A stretch of 37,830 bases of DNA from Pseudomonadota bacterium (lineage in GTDB: Bacteria > Desulfobacterota > WTBG01 > JAGOGO01). Made by a program: the position numbers and the translations under genes. The stretch covers positions 1 through 37,830 of the forward strand of contig JAZDOO010000229.1 of NCBI GenBank assembly GCA_043798555.1. The letters are read 5' to 3'. The notes below the pieces were generated by a model. That model was not told where the DNA came from. It saw only the letters and a program-made list of their open reading frames with translations, and ran no database searches. The stretch's first letter is position 1; each line of letters begins with the position of its first letter. Positions 20,837 through 29,060 of the stretch are shown here, in pieces.

Positions 20837-21739
20837 ATGAACCGGAGAGACTTTTTAAAATCAGCGCTCATTGCCAGCGTGGGGGCCACACTTTCAAATA
20901 GCATTGGTCTGCTCATCAAAACCCCGTTGGCTTCGGAAAAAGTTGACCTGGTGGTGGCCCAGGGGACTTCTCCTGCAACGATCACCGCCTCAGCAATTGA
21001 GGCCCTGGGGGGAATGAGAAGCTTCATATCCAGGGGAGACATTGTCGTGGTCAAGCCAAACATAGGGTGGGATCGAACCCCAGAACAGGCGGCCAACACC
21101 AATCCCGAGGTCGTTTCCACTGTGGTAAGACTATCTTACGAAGCGGGGGCTAAAAAGGTAAAGGTCTTTGACCGAACGGTAAATGATGCAAGAAGGTGTT
21201 ATAAACAAAGCGGAATTGCTGATGCAGCAAAAGCCGCTGGTGCGGAAGTGAGTTTTATTGATGACAGGAAATTCAAGACTGTCACCTTAGAAGGTCTTGC
21301 CCTTAAAGAATGGCCTCTTTATACAGATATTCTTGAGGCCGATAAGGTCATCAATGTTCCTATCGCCAAAACCCACGGGCTGGCAACCCTCACCATGGCC
21401 TTGAAGAACTGGATGGGGATAATGGGTGGAAGGAGGGGCATAATTCACCAGCGGCTGGATGAGAGCCTCGTTGACATTGCCACGGTAATTAAACCAACTC
21501 TTACCATACTGGATGCCATTCGCATTTTGACCGCAAATGGTCCACAAGGAGGTAATCTTAGGGATGTAAAGAAGCTCAATACGGTCATTGTGAGTACTGA
21601 TCAGGTGGCGGTTGATGCTTTTGGAGCTACCCTCTTTGGCTTACAGGGGAGTGATCTCGGGTATGTAAGCATTGCCGACCGCATGGGCCTCGGTACCATG
21701 GATCTCTCCAAGGTAAAGATTAAGGGGATCAGGTGCTAA
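20837..21739 (+). CDS. DUF362 domain protein with Tat signal peptide
   Basis: MNRRDFLK plus hydrophobic stretch; VVVKPNIGWDR, AANTNP, INVPIAKTH, MALKNWMG, DQVAVD. Confidence 0.92.
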   Translation: MNRRDFLKSALIASVGATLSNSIGLLIKTPLASEKVDLVVAQGTSPATITASAIEALGGMRSFISRGDIVVVKPNIGWDRTPEQAANTNPEVVSTVVRLSYEAGAKKVKVFDRTVNDARRCYKQSGIADAAKAAGAEVSFIDDRKFKTVTLEGLALKEWPLYTDILEADKVINVPIAKTHGLATLTMALKNWMGIMGGRRGIIHQRLDESLVDIATVIKPTLTILDAIRILTANGPQGGNLRDVKKLNTVIVSTDQVAVDAFGATLFGLQGSDLGYVSIADRMGLGTMDLSKVKIKGIRC

Positions 21740-21801
21740 TCTTAATTGATCGGGAAGACATAAAGAGAGCATTGGCGAGATCCGGAAATATTAAATAGTT
21801 T

Positions 21802-23346
21802 ATGCGAATCTACCGAAAAATTAGTCAAGGACTATTTTTACTCACCTTCTTGTTTCTCTTTTTGCAGACAGAGTCAAAAGGAGGAGATGAGCTGGGGTAC
21901 CCAGTGAAAATTTTTCTTGATTTTGACCCTCTGCTCTTTATCTCCACCTTGCTTTCTTCTCATGCCGTTAGTAAAGGTTTTTATTTCTCTTTCACCTTAC
22001 TTATTGCCACCATCATTCTGGGGAGGGTCTTTTGCGGCTGGGTCTGTCCCTTGGGAACCTTAAATAATCTGGTCAGTTCCCTGAAAAAAGTCCGACCCCC
22101 CGCCGCTCACCTAAACTGGCACAAAGTAAAATATTATATCTTCATCTTCCTCCTTGCAGCCTCGCTTTTCACGCTTCAACTTACAGGCATCCTGGACCCC
22201 CTTTCTTTCCTTACCCGATCCCTTTCTTTAAGTATTTATCCCGTTTTCAACTACGTTATCAGGGCAATCTTTGATACTATCTACAATATCAACCCCCATT
22301 TTATCGTTAACCTGTCGGAGTTCTTGTATACTATAGTAAAGAAGTCCCTCCTCTCTTTTCAGCAGCCTTTTTTCCAACAGGCTCTGTTCCTTGGTTTTTT
22401 ATTCCTTTTAATCCTTGGTCTCAACCTGGTGGAAAAAAGGTTTTGGTGTAAATACCTCTGTCCCCTCGGTGCCCTTCTTGGAATCCTTTCCCGCTATGCA
22501 TTCCTCAAAAGATCCGTAAGCGAGGGATGTGATTCCTGCGGCGCATGTAACCTGGCCTGTCAAGGCGATGCTGCCCCCGACAGCAAGGAAAACTGGAAGA
22601 ACACTGAGTGTCTTTACTGTATGAACTGCGATGACCTGTGCCCTCATAATGCAGTTAGTTTCGGATTTATCAAAAAAAGGGCGGCCGCCTCAATGGATTT
22701 GGGAAGAAGAAAGGTGATTGCATCCATCACTACCGGCGTGCTTGCTGTCCCCTTTTTTAGAATAACTCCCTTGTCACGATCAAGCAGCCTGAATCCAAAC
22801 CTCATTAGACCTCCGGGATCGCTTGAAGAAAAGGAGTTTTTGAAAAAATGTGTGAGATGCGGAGAGTGCATGAAGGTATGCATCACCAATGGGCTGCAAC
22901 CGACCTTTCTTGATGCCGGCCTCGAAGGGATATGGTCTCCCGTGTTGGCTCCGAGGATAGGACACTGTGAATACCGCTGTACCCTCTGTGGCCAGGTCTG
23001 TCCCACTGGTGCGATCGAGAAATTGGAACTGGAAGATAAGCAAAAGATTAAGATCGGGCTCGCCATGATTGACAGAGGGAGATGCCTCCCCTATGCCCAT
23101 GCCACCCCCTGCCTCGTATGTGAAGAAGTATGCCCTACGCCCAAGAAGGCTATATGGCTGGAGCCGGCAACGGGCAAGAACAGGAAAGGGAAAGAGATAA
23201 TTTTGAAACAGCCCAAGGTGGATCTTGACCTCTGTATTGGCTGCGGCATCTGTGAGGCAAAATGCCCGGTTATTGGTGAGCCGGCAATTTATGTAATCAA
23301 TACCGGTGAATCGAGATCGAAAGAAAATCAGCTCCTGTTACTATAA
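21802..23346 (+). CDS. Membrane polyferredoxin, NapH/MauN-like fused to NapG/MauM-like domain
   Basis: Several TM helices, two CxxxCP motifs (FCGWVCP, WCKYLCP), six four-Cys ferredoxin-type motifs, internal GRRKV plus hydrophobic stretch, IRPPG. Confidence 0.9.
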   Translation: MRIYRKISQGLFLLTFLFLFLQTESKGGDELGYPVKIFLDFDPLLFISTLLSSHAVSKGFYFSFTLLIATIILGRVFCGWVCPLGTLNNLVSSLKKVRPPAAHLNWHKVKYYIFIFLLAASLFTLQLTGILDPLSFLTRSLSLSIYPVFNYVIRAIFDTIYNINPHFIVNLSEFLYTIVKKSLLSFQQPFFQQALFLGFLFLLILGLNLVEKRFWCKYLCPLGALLGILSRYAFLKRSVSEGCDSCGACNLACQGDAAPDSKENWKNTECLYCMNCDDLCPHNAVSFGFIKKRAAASMDLGRRKVIASITTGVLAVPFFRITPLSRSSSLNPNLIRPPGSLEEKEFLKKCVRCGECMKVCITNGLQPTFLDAGLEGIWSPVLAPRIGHCEYRCTLCGQVCPTGAIEKLELEDKQKIKIGLAMIDRGRCLPYAHATPCLVCEEVCPTPKKAIWLEPATGKNRKGKEIILKQPKVDLDLCIGCGICEAKCPVIGEPAIYVINTGESRSKENQLLLL

Positions 23347-23373
23347 CAGCTAACCTCCATAATATAAATTTTG

Positions 23374-23402
23374 TTGATATGGAAGCGGTTTTTCGTTAAA
23401 GT
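23374..23402 (+). promoter_or_regulatory. Putative sigma70 promoter for the DHS-like gene
   Basis: TTGATA-17 bp-TAAAGT. Confidence 0.5.
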
Positions 23403-23528
23403 AAGGAGCCAAATCGAGAATCATCCCCCTCGAATTTACGGACAAACGGCTTTAGTGTTCACTCGCAGTCTGGTTTGGACCTTAGACAACGGGCAATAAA
23501 CTCCTATACGAAAGAGGGCATAAACGTT

Positions 23529-24521
23529 ATGGAAACAAACAGCATATCTTCATTCGTTAAACATCATTTTCGGCACTTCAATGCCGCTGCACTGGTTGAT
23601 GCAGCAGAAGGGTATTGTAAGCTTATAGACGCAGGAGGTCATATGCTGGTGACCATTGCAGGCGCCATGAGCACCGCCGAAATCGGCCTCTCTCTGGCGG
23701 AAATGATTCGCCGAGGCAAAGTCCACGCCATCAGTTGCACTGGCGCCAATCTCGAAGAAGATATTTTTAATTTAGTAGCTCATAATCACTATGTTCGTAT
23801 CCCTCACTATCGGCAGCTCACCCCCTTAGATGAGCAGCAGCTTTTGGCCCGCCATCTCAATCGCGTTACCGACACTTGCATCCCCGAGGAAGAAGCCATC
23901 CGGCGGATTGAAAGCGCAATTCTGGATGAATGGGAACATGCTGATAAAAAAGGGGGCCGGTATTTCCCGCACGAGTTTTGTTACCAACTGATCCGGAGCA
24001 AGCGTCTTTCACCTTATTACCAAGTTGATCTGAAAAATAGTTGGGTGGTGGCAGCATGTGAGAACAATCTCCCTATGTTTGTTCCTGGGTGGGAGGATTC
24101 TACCCTCGGTAATATTTATGCCTCCCATTGCCTCCATGGAACCATTCGGAATGTGCACACCGTGCGGAGCGGGATCGAGTATATGATGGAGTTAGCAGAA
24201 TGGTATAAAAGTACCTTCCAAAAACATCCTATAGGATTTTTCCAGATTGGCGGTGGTATTGCCGGTGACTTTCCCATTTGTGTTGTGCCCATGTTACGGC
24301 AGGATTTGAAGATGGAAGACGTTCGATTATGGAGCTACTTCTGTCAAATCAGTGACTCCACGACGAGCTATGGTTCTTATTCTGGAGCAGTACCGAACGA
24401 GAAGATTACTTGGGAAAAATTGGGGGTAGATACTCCCAGGTATATTATCGAATCAGATGCCACGATTGTAGCCCCTCTCATTTTTGCCTATGTGTTAGAA
24501 ACGTCAATTTCAAACTCGTAA
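23529..24521 (+). CDS. Deoxyhypusine synthase-like protein
   Basis: FRHFNAAAL, AGAMSTAE, CTGANLEED, PGWEDST, IGGGIAGDF, SYSGAVPNEKITW.K, IESDATIVAP. ATG 23529 follows a GAGGG RBS; the ORF track starts at 23475. Confidence 0.93.
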   Translation: METNSISSFVKHHFRHFNAAALVDAAEGYCKLIDAGGHMLVTIAGAMSTAEIGLSLAEMIRRGKVHAISCTGANLEEDIFNLVAHNHYVRIPHYRQLTPLDEQQLLARHLNRVTDTCIPEEEAIRRIESAILDEWEHADKKGGRYFPHEFCYQLIRSKRLSPYYQVDLKNSWVVAACENNLPMFVPGWEDSTLGNIYASHCLHGTIRNVHTVRSGIEYMMELAEWYKSTFQKHPIGFFQIGGGIAGDFPICVVPMLRQDLKMEDVRLWSYFCQISDSTTSYGSYSGAVPNEKITWEKLGVDTPRYIIESDATIVAPLIFAYVLETSISNS

Positions 24522-24544
24522 GACCCTCCCTTTTCTGGAGTACT

Positions 24545-24637
24545 ATGAGGTTTTCTCTGGAAGAAGGCCTTCAGGCTATCCAAGCGGCAAAAGAAAAAGA
24601 AAGTGTAAAAGTGGTGTTAGATATCGGGGGACATTAA
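24545..24637 (+). pseudogene. C-terminal remnant of a zinc-binding (MDR) alcohol dehydrogenase
   Basis: RFSLEEGLQAIQAAKEKESVKVVLDI matches the final helix and strand pattern of MDR enzymes; no upstream coding part is present. Confidence 0.5.
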
Positions 24638-24752
24638 AGCACATTCCCCATTCACTTCCTTATATCTCTCCTAAAAAATAACCTAAAATCGTATCGAAAG
24701 AGCGGCGATCAGCCAACTCATCGTTGGTAAAAAAAGCTACTATGCCTACATA

Positions 24753-24792
24753 TAGTATTTTCTTGACAACCAAATACTAAATATTGTATACT
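24753..24792 (+). promoter_or_regulatory. sigma70 promoter with overlapping inverted repeat
   Basis: TTGACA (24763-24768)-18 bp-TATACT; TAGTATTT-N11-AAATACTA straddles the -35 element. Confidence 0.55.
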
Positions 24793-24878
24793 TTTATAGT
24801 TAGTTTAATTGGCCTGTTTTTTGCGACTAAACCACATTGCCTGATTAAAAAATAAAGGGGAATGGTGGGAAATAACTC

Positions 24879-25079
24879 ATGGAAAGCCTGATACTCTTAA
24901 TTCAACATAGATTGAACCCCTTACACATTTACTGCCGCCTTATTGAACGAGGGCTTGATCGGCGATTTTCGTTCCGCATATGCCGGTATTATGAAATTAT
25001 AATTTACAAATGGATTATTCCCCTCACCATCATTTCTATCAGCATTTGTAGATTAATAAAAAAGAAAAACCGAAGCTAA
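24879..25079 (+). CDS. Small conserved hypothetical protein (QHxLNPLHxYCRL motif)
   Basis: 66 aa with its own promoter and a purine-rich leader. The motif resembles small Desulfobacterota hypothetical proteins, from memory. Confidence 0.6.
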   Translation: MESLILLIQHRLNPLHIYCRLIERGLDRRFSFRICRYYEIIIYKWIIPLTIISISICRLIKKKNRS

Positions 25080-25176
25080 CCTCTTGCTCTCCTGCGTTTC
25101 CTTAATAAAGATTTTCTGAGAAACTATAAAATCCAGGAAGGATGAAAGGAGGTTTTTAGAAATAAAACAATTTTGG

Positions 25177-26085
25177 TTATGGAGGGCACTCAGCACAGAT
25201 AGAAGTAAAAAGAGCGGTACTCAAATATCTCTCGCCCCGGTCAGGGAAAATAACCACAATTGTTACTGAACTTATTTCGTTTGCAATTTCCAAGGCCCCT
25301 ACCATTGCCGCGCCACTGCTCATACCCACAAAGATCCCCTCTTCCAAGGCTAACCGTTGGGTCATGTTAAAAGCACGTTCATCATTAACGATTATTCGCT
25401 CATCCAGCTTATCGGGATCAAATATTTTGGGTACAATTGATTCGTTCATGTTTTTTAACCCTTGAATCCGATGCCCCGGTGTTGGTTCGACACCAACGAT
25501 TTTAATCTTTGCATTATGTTCCTTCAATCGCTGCCCGGTTCCCATTAGCGTACCTGTTGTTCCCATTCCGGCCACAAATACGTCCACCTCTCCTTTGGTT
25601 TGATCAATAATCTCTGGACCAGTTCCTTCGTAATGAGCTTTTACATTGTTGGGGTTCGAGTATTGGTCTGGCATGTAATAAATATCTGAATTTTTTTCCA
25701 GAATATGATAGGCCCTACGTATGGCCCCGTCAATTCCCTGACTCGCCGGAGTCAATTCGAGTTCTGCCCCGAAAGCCTCAAGAATCCTTCTCCTCTCCTC
25801 GCTGACACAAGCAGGCATAACCAACTTTGCCCTGTATCCCTTAGCAGCAGCCACCATAGCCAGCCCAATTCCCGTATTTCCTGAAGTAGGCTCAAGAATG
25901 ATCTTATCTTTGGTAAGAGCGCCATTTTTTTCTGCTTCTGTTATCATATAGTAGGCCGGGCGATCCTTGACTGATCCACTGGGGTTGTTCCCCTCCAGTT
26001 TAGCTAAGATGCGCACTCTCTTATTTACATTGATTTTATTAATCTCTACCATGGGGGTAGAACCGATCAATTTTAATATACTCAT
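25177..26085 (-). CDS. cysM: PLP-dependent cysteine synthase (CysM-like)
   Basis: KLEGNNPSGSVKDR, EPTSGNTG, GMGTTGT, HRIQGL, FPDRGERYLS. Confidence 0.92.
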   Translation of the reverse strand: MSILKLIGSTPMVEINKINVNKRVRILAKLEGNNPSGSVKDRPAYYMITEAEKNGALTKDKIILEPTSGNTGIGLAMVAAAKGYRAKLVMPACVSEERRRILEAFGAELELTPASQGIDGAIRRAYHILEKNSDIYYMPDQYSNPNNVKAHYEGTGPEIIDQTKGEVDVFVAGMGTTGTLMGTGQRLKEHNAKIKIVGVEPTPGHRIQGLKNMNESIVPKIFDPDKLDERIIVNDERAFNMTQRLALEEGIFVGMSSGAAMVGALEIANEISSVTIVVIFPDRGERYLSTALFTSICAECPP

Positions 26086-26209
26086 TTTCCTTCCGAAACA
26101 TTAAACATGACAAATTGAGAAACTATCGTTTACTACTAAAAACAAGAAATTTCTGCTCAGATTTATTCCTTTTACCACATCTTAGCAATCGTTGTAAAGA
26201 AATGCTACC

Positions 26210-26237
26210 TTGACAAAGGGAAAATCGTTTTTATTCT
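26210..26237 (+). promoter_or_regulatory. Putative sigma70 promoter for manC and PMM/PGM
   Basis: TTGACA-16 bp-TATTCT. Confidence 0.45.
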
Positions 26238-26380
26238 TTAAGCCGCAACTTTCATTAAAAAACTTGTACTGCCAGGTAAACTTATTTTGAGCTTCCAAAT
26301 AAAGAGGTGATGCTATTGTAAGTAATACTTCTTTCTGGAAGAGGTTTTGAACCTATTGCACTGGGACAGCGTTATATGGT

Positions 26381-27520
26381 ATGAATGAGGTTATTCCTCA
26401 ATCGTTTATTAACCCTAACGATTTTAATTATATGAAAGTTTATCCTGTCATAATGGCCGGTGGTTCGGGGACGAGGTTCTGGCCCGCAAGCAGGTCTCAT
26501 CGTCCAAAACAGTTTTTGAACATTTTTGGTTCAAAAACGATGATCGAACAAACCATAGAAAGGGTAAAACCGCTCTGCCGGGAAGAAAGCATCATTATTG
26601 TGGGTAATGAAGATCACCATCATCTTTTAAATAATCTATTTGGAGAAAATCGGTATGTAACTTTGGAAGAACCTCTTGGATGTAACACCGCTCCTGCCAT
26701 TGGACTCGCTGCTATTTACCTGAGGAAAAATGGAATCATAGATGCGCCAATGATAGCGCTTCCCGCCGACCACTATGTTAACGACGAAGAACAGTTCAGG
26801 AGTGTGCTTTCAGGCGGTTGCAGCGCGGCAAAGGAGAAAGGGGCCATCGTAACTATCGGCATGCTCCCCACCAGGCCCGAAACCGGATATGGGTACCTTC
26901 AAAGAGGTTCCAGGCAAAATGAAATTAACGGGTTCAAAGTTTATAGCGTCAAACGGTTCGTTGAAAAACCAAACCAACCTGAGGCCCTGCACTACCTAAA
27001 AAGTGGAGACTATTTCTGGAATGGCGGAATTTTTATCTTCACACCCGAGGTAATTCTTGAGGAACTACAACTCCATCTTCCTGAAGTATATGAAGGGCTT
27101 CTGAGGATCGAAACGTCCATTGGAGAACCTCATTATCACGATACCCTCCGAGCTGCTTACCAGAGATTTCCTTCTATTTCCATTGACTATGGGGTGATGG
27201 AAAAAACGCGTCGTTGCATTTTAACCATTTCAGGAGATTTTGGATGGAGTGACGTGGGAAGCTGGGAATCCCTTTACACGTTAAGAGCAAATGAGTTAGA
27301 TCATCAGGGAAATTTGGCTCAAGGAAACAACATCCTTCTCGATACTCAATCAACGTTTGTTTTTAATCAATCCAGTCAGATGTTGGTGGGGGTCGGGTTA
27401 AAGGATATCGTGATTGTGAATACTGATGATGTCACCCTGGTAGCTGATATTAAAAGATCTCAAAACCTAAAAAAAGTTGTTGAAGAGATCAGAAGGAGAG
27501 GGTTAAACTCCCTCCTTTAA
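26381..27520 (+). CDS. manC: Mannose-1-phosphate guanylyltransferase (no PMI cupin domain)
   Basis: IMAGGSGTRFWPASR, PKQFL, NTAPAI, PETGYGY, FVEKP, SIDYGVMEK, GWSDVGSW. Alternative start at ATG 26432. Confidence 0.95.
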   Translation: MNEVIPQSFINPNDFNYMKVYPVIMAGGSGTRFWPASRSHRPKQFLNIFGSKTMIEQTIERVKPLCREESIIIVGNEDHHHLLNNLFGENRYVTLEEPLGCNTAPAIGLAAIYLRKNGIIDAPMIALPADHYVNDEEQFRSVLSGGCSAAKEKGAIVTIGMLPTRPETGYGYLQRGSRQNEINGFKVYSVKRFVEKPNQPEALHYLKSGDYFWNGGIFIFTPEVILEELQLHLPEVYEGLLRIETSIGEPHYHDTLRAAYQRFPSISIDYGVMEKTRRCILTISGDFGWSDVGSWESLYTLRANELDHQGNLAQGNNILLDTQSTFVFNQSSQMLVGVGLKDIVIVNTDDVTLVADIKRSQNLKKVVEEIRRRGLNSLL

Positions 27521-27539
27521 TTATAGAAGAAAAGAGCAC

Positions 27540-28913
27540 ATGGTTAATCCTTTTATCTTTAGAGAATATGACATCCGCGGAGTAGCGGATAAAGATTTTC
27601 CCGACGAAACGGTCTATACCCTCGGTAAAACACTGGGGACGTATTTCCTTCGGCATAACGTTCGTATAGTGAGTTTGGGGAGAGATTGCCGACTCAGCTC
27701 TCCCCGGCTGCATCGCCAGCTTTCCCAAGGGATCATAGACACCGGATGCAATATTATTGACATTGATATAATCCCAACCCCTCTTCTTTACTTTTCTCTC
27801 TTTAACCTTGACGTGGAGGGGGGGGTTATGATTACCGGCAGTCACAATCCCCCCGATAACAATGGGTTTAAAGTTTGTCTGGGTAAAAACACCATTTACG
27901 GAGAAGAAATTCAAGCCATCAGGAAAATACTTGAAAAAGGGGGATTTGAGCAAGGAAAAGGAGAGATCGCATCCAAAGATGTAAAAGAGCTTTATCTGGA
28001 AAAAGTGAGCGCCTTGCTTATAATGGGATTTCGAAAGCCCAAAGTAATCATTGATTCTGGAAATGGGACCGCTGGTCTGGTGGCTGGTCCGTTTTTTCGA
28101 AAGTTGGGAGCAGAAGTAACCGAGCTTTTTAGTGAGATGGACGGTAATTTTCCCAATCATCACCCCGATCCCACTGTACCGGAGAATTTAAAAATCCTGG
28201 TTGAAAAAGTAAAGGAACAAAAAGCTGATGTGGGCATCGCTTTTGATGGTGACGCAGATCGAATCGGGGTCATTGATGAACAATGCAACATTATTTGGGG
28301 AGACCAGTTGATGATCTTATTTTCTCGTGCTCTCCTCAAAGAGATTTCGGGAGCCACCATTATTGCTGAGGTAAAGTGTTCTCAGACTCTTTTTGACGAT
28401 ATTGAGAAACATGGAGGCAAGGCGATAATGTGGAAAGTTGGTCATTCACTTCTTAAAGCTAAGCTAAAGGAGGAACATGCCCCTTTGGCCGGAGAAATGA
28501 GTGGCCATATTTTCTTTGCCCATCGGTATTATGGATACGACGATGCCATTTACGCTGGAGCCCGCCTTCTTGAAATTCTCTCTCATACTGAGAAAAATTT
28601 GTCTCAACTTCTTTCCGATGTCCCTCGTACGGTAGTAACTCCAGAGATAAGAATTGAATGTAGTGATGAAATAAAATTTTTGGTAGTACAAAAGCTGGTA
28701 GAAAAATTTAAACAACACTACCGAGTTATTGACGTTGATGGGGCAAGGATTCTATTTGACCGGGGCTGGGGTCTCGTAAGGGCCTCCAATACTCAACCAG
28801 TTTTGGTGATGCGCTTTGAGGCTCAGGAAGAAAAAAACCTGGAAAAAATTAAAGCCATGGTAGAGGAAACGGTTGCCGCCACTATAAGAGAAGTAGAGTC
28901 TTCACCTCGGTAA
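27540..28913 (+). CDS. Phosphomannomutase/phosphoglucomutase (AlgC-like)
   Basis: FREYDIRG, TGSHNP, FDGDADR, GEMSGH, VRASNTQP. Confidence 0.96.
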   Translation: MVNPFIFREYDIRGVADKDFPDETVYTLGKTLGTYFLRHNVRIVSLGRDCRLSSPRLHRQLSQGIIDTGCNIIDIDIIPTPLLYFSLFNLDVEGGVMITGSHNPPDNNGFKVCLGKNTIYGEEIQAIRKILEKGGFEQGKGEIASKDVKELYLEKVSALLIMGFRKPKVIIDSGNGTAGLVAGPFFRKLGAEVTELFSEMDGNFPNHHPDPTVPENLKILVEKVKEQKADVGIAFDGDADRIGVIDEQCNIIWGDQLMILFSRALLKEISGATIIAEVKCSQTLFDDIEKHGGKAIMWKVGHSLLKAKLKEEHAPLAGEMSGHIFFAHRYYGYDDAIYAGARLLEILSHTEKNLSQLLSDVPRTVVTPEIRIECSDEIKFLVVQKLVEKFKQHYRVIDVDGARILFDRGWGLVRASNTQPVLVMRFEAQEEKNLEKIKAMVEETVAATIREVESSPR

Positions 28914-28970
28914 GGCACTGCTTCAAAAAAACGACTTCTGTTCGACTAATACTAATGAGGGGAAATTCAG

Positions 28971-29040
28971 GAGTTCTGAGCATTTGATATTTGTATTTTG
29001 GGTTTGTTTTGAATTTCGATATTCAACATTCAAAGAATTA
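28971..29040. repeat. Degenerate heptamer-period T-rich intergenic repeat
   Basis: CATTTGA TATTTGT ATTTTGG GTTTGTT TTGAATT TCGATAT TCAACAT TCAAGAA. Confidence 0.5.
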
Positions 29041-29060
29041 TCTCGAGAAAGGAGGCCTAT

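Noticed and set aside
17070-23346. Integron cassette array next to the intI remnant
   Set aside because: I found no convincing attC sites (RYYYAAC...GTTRRRY with inner repeats), and the genes are in mixed orientation.
25170-25185. Selenocysteine read-through after the CAECPP tail of cysteine synthase
   Set aside because: The stop codon is TAA, not TGA.
27635-27642. GGGGACGT match inside PMM/PGM
   Set aside because: It is a partial match within intact coding sequence and probably chance.
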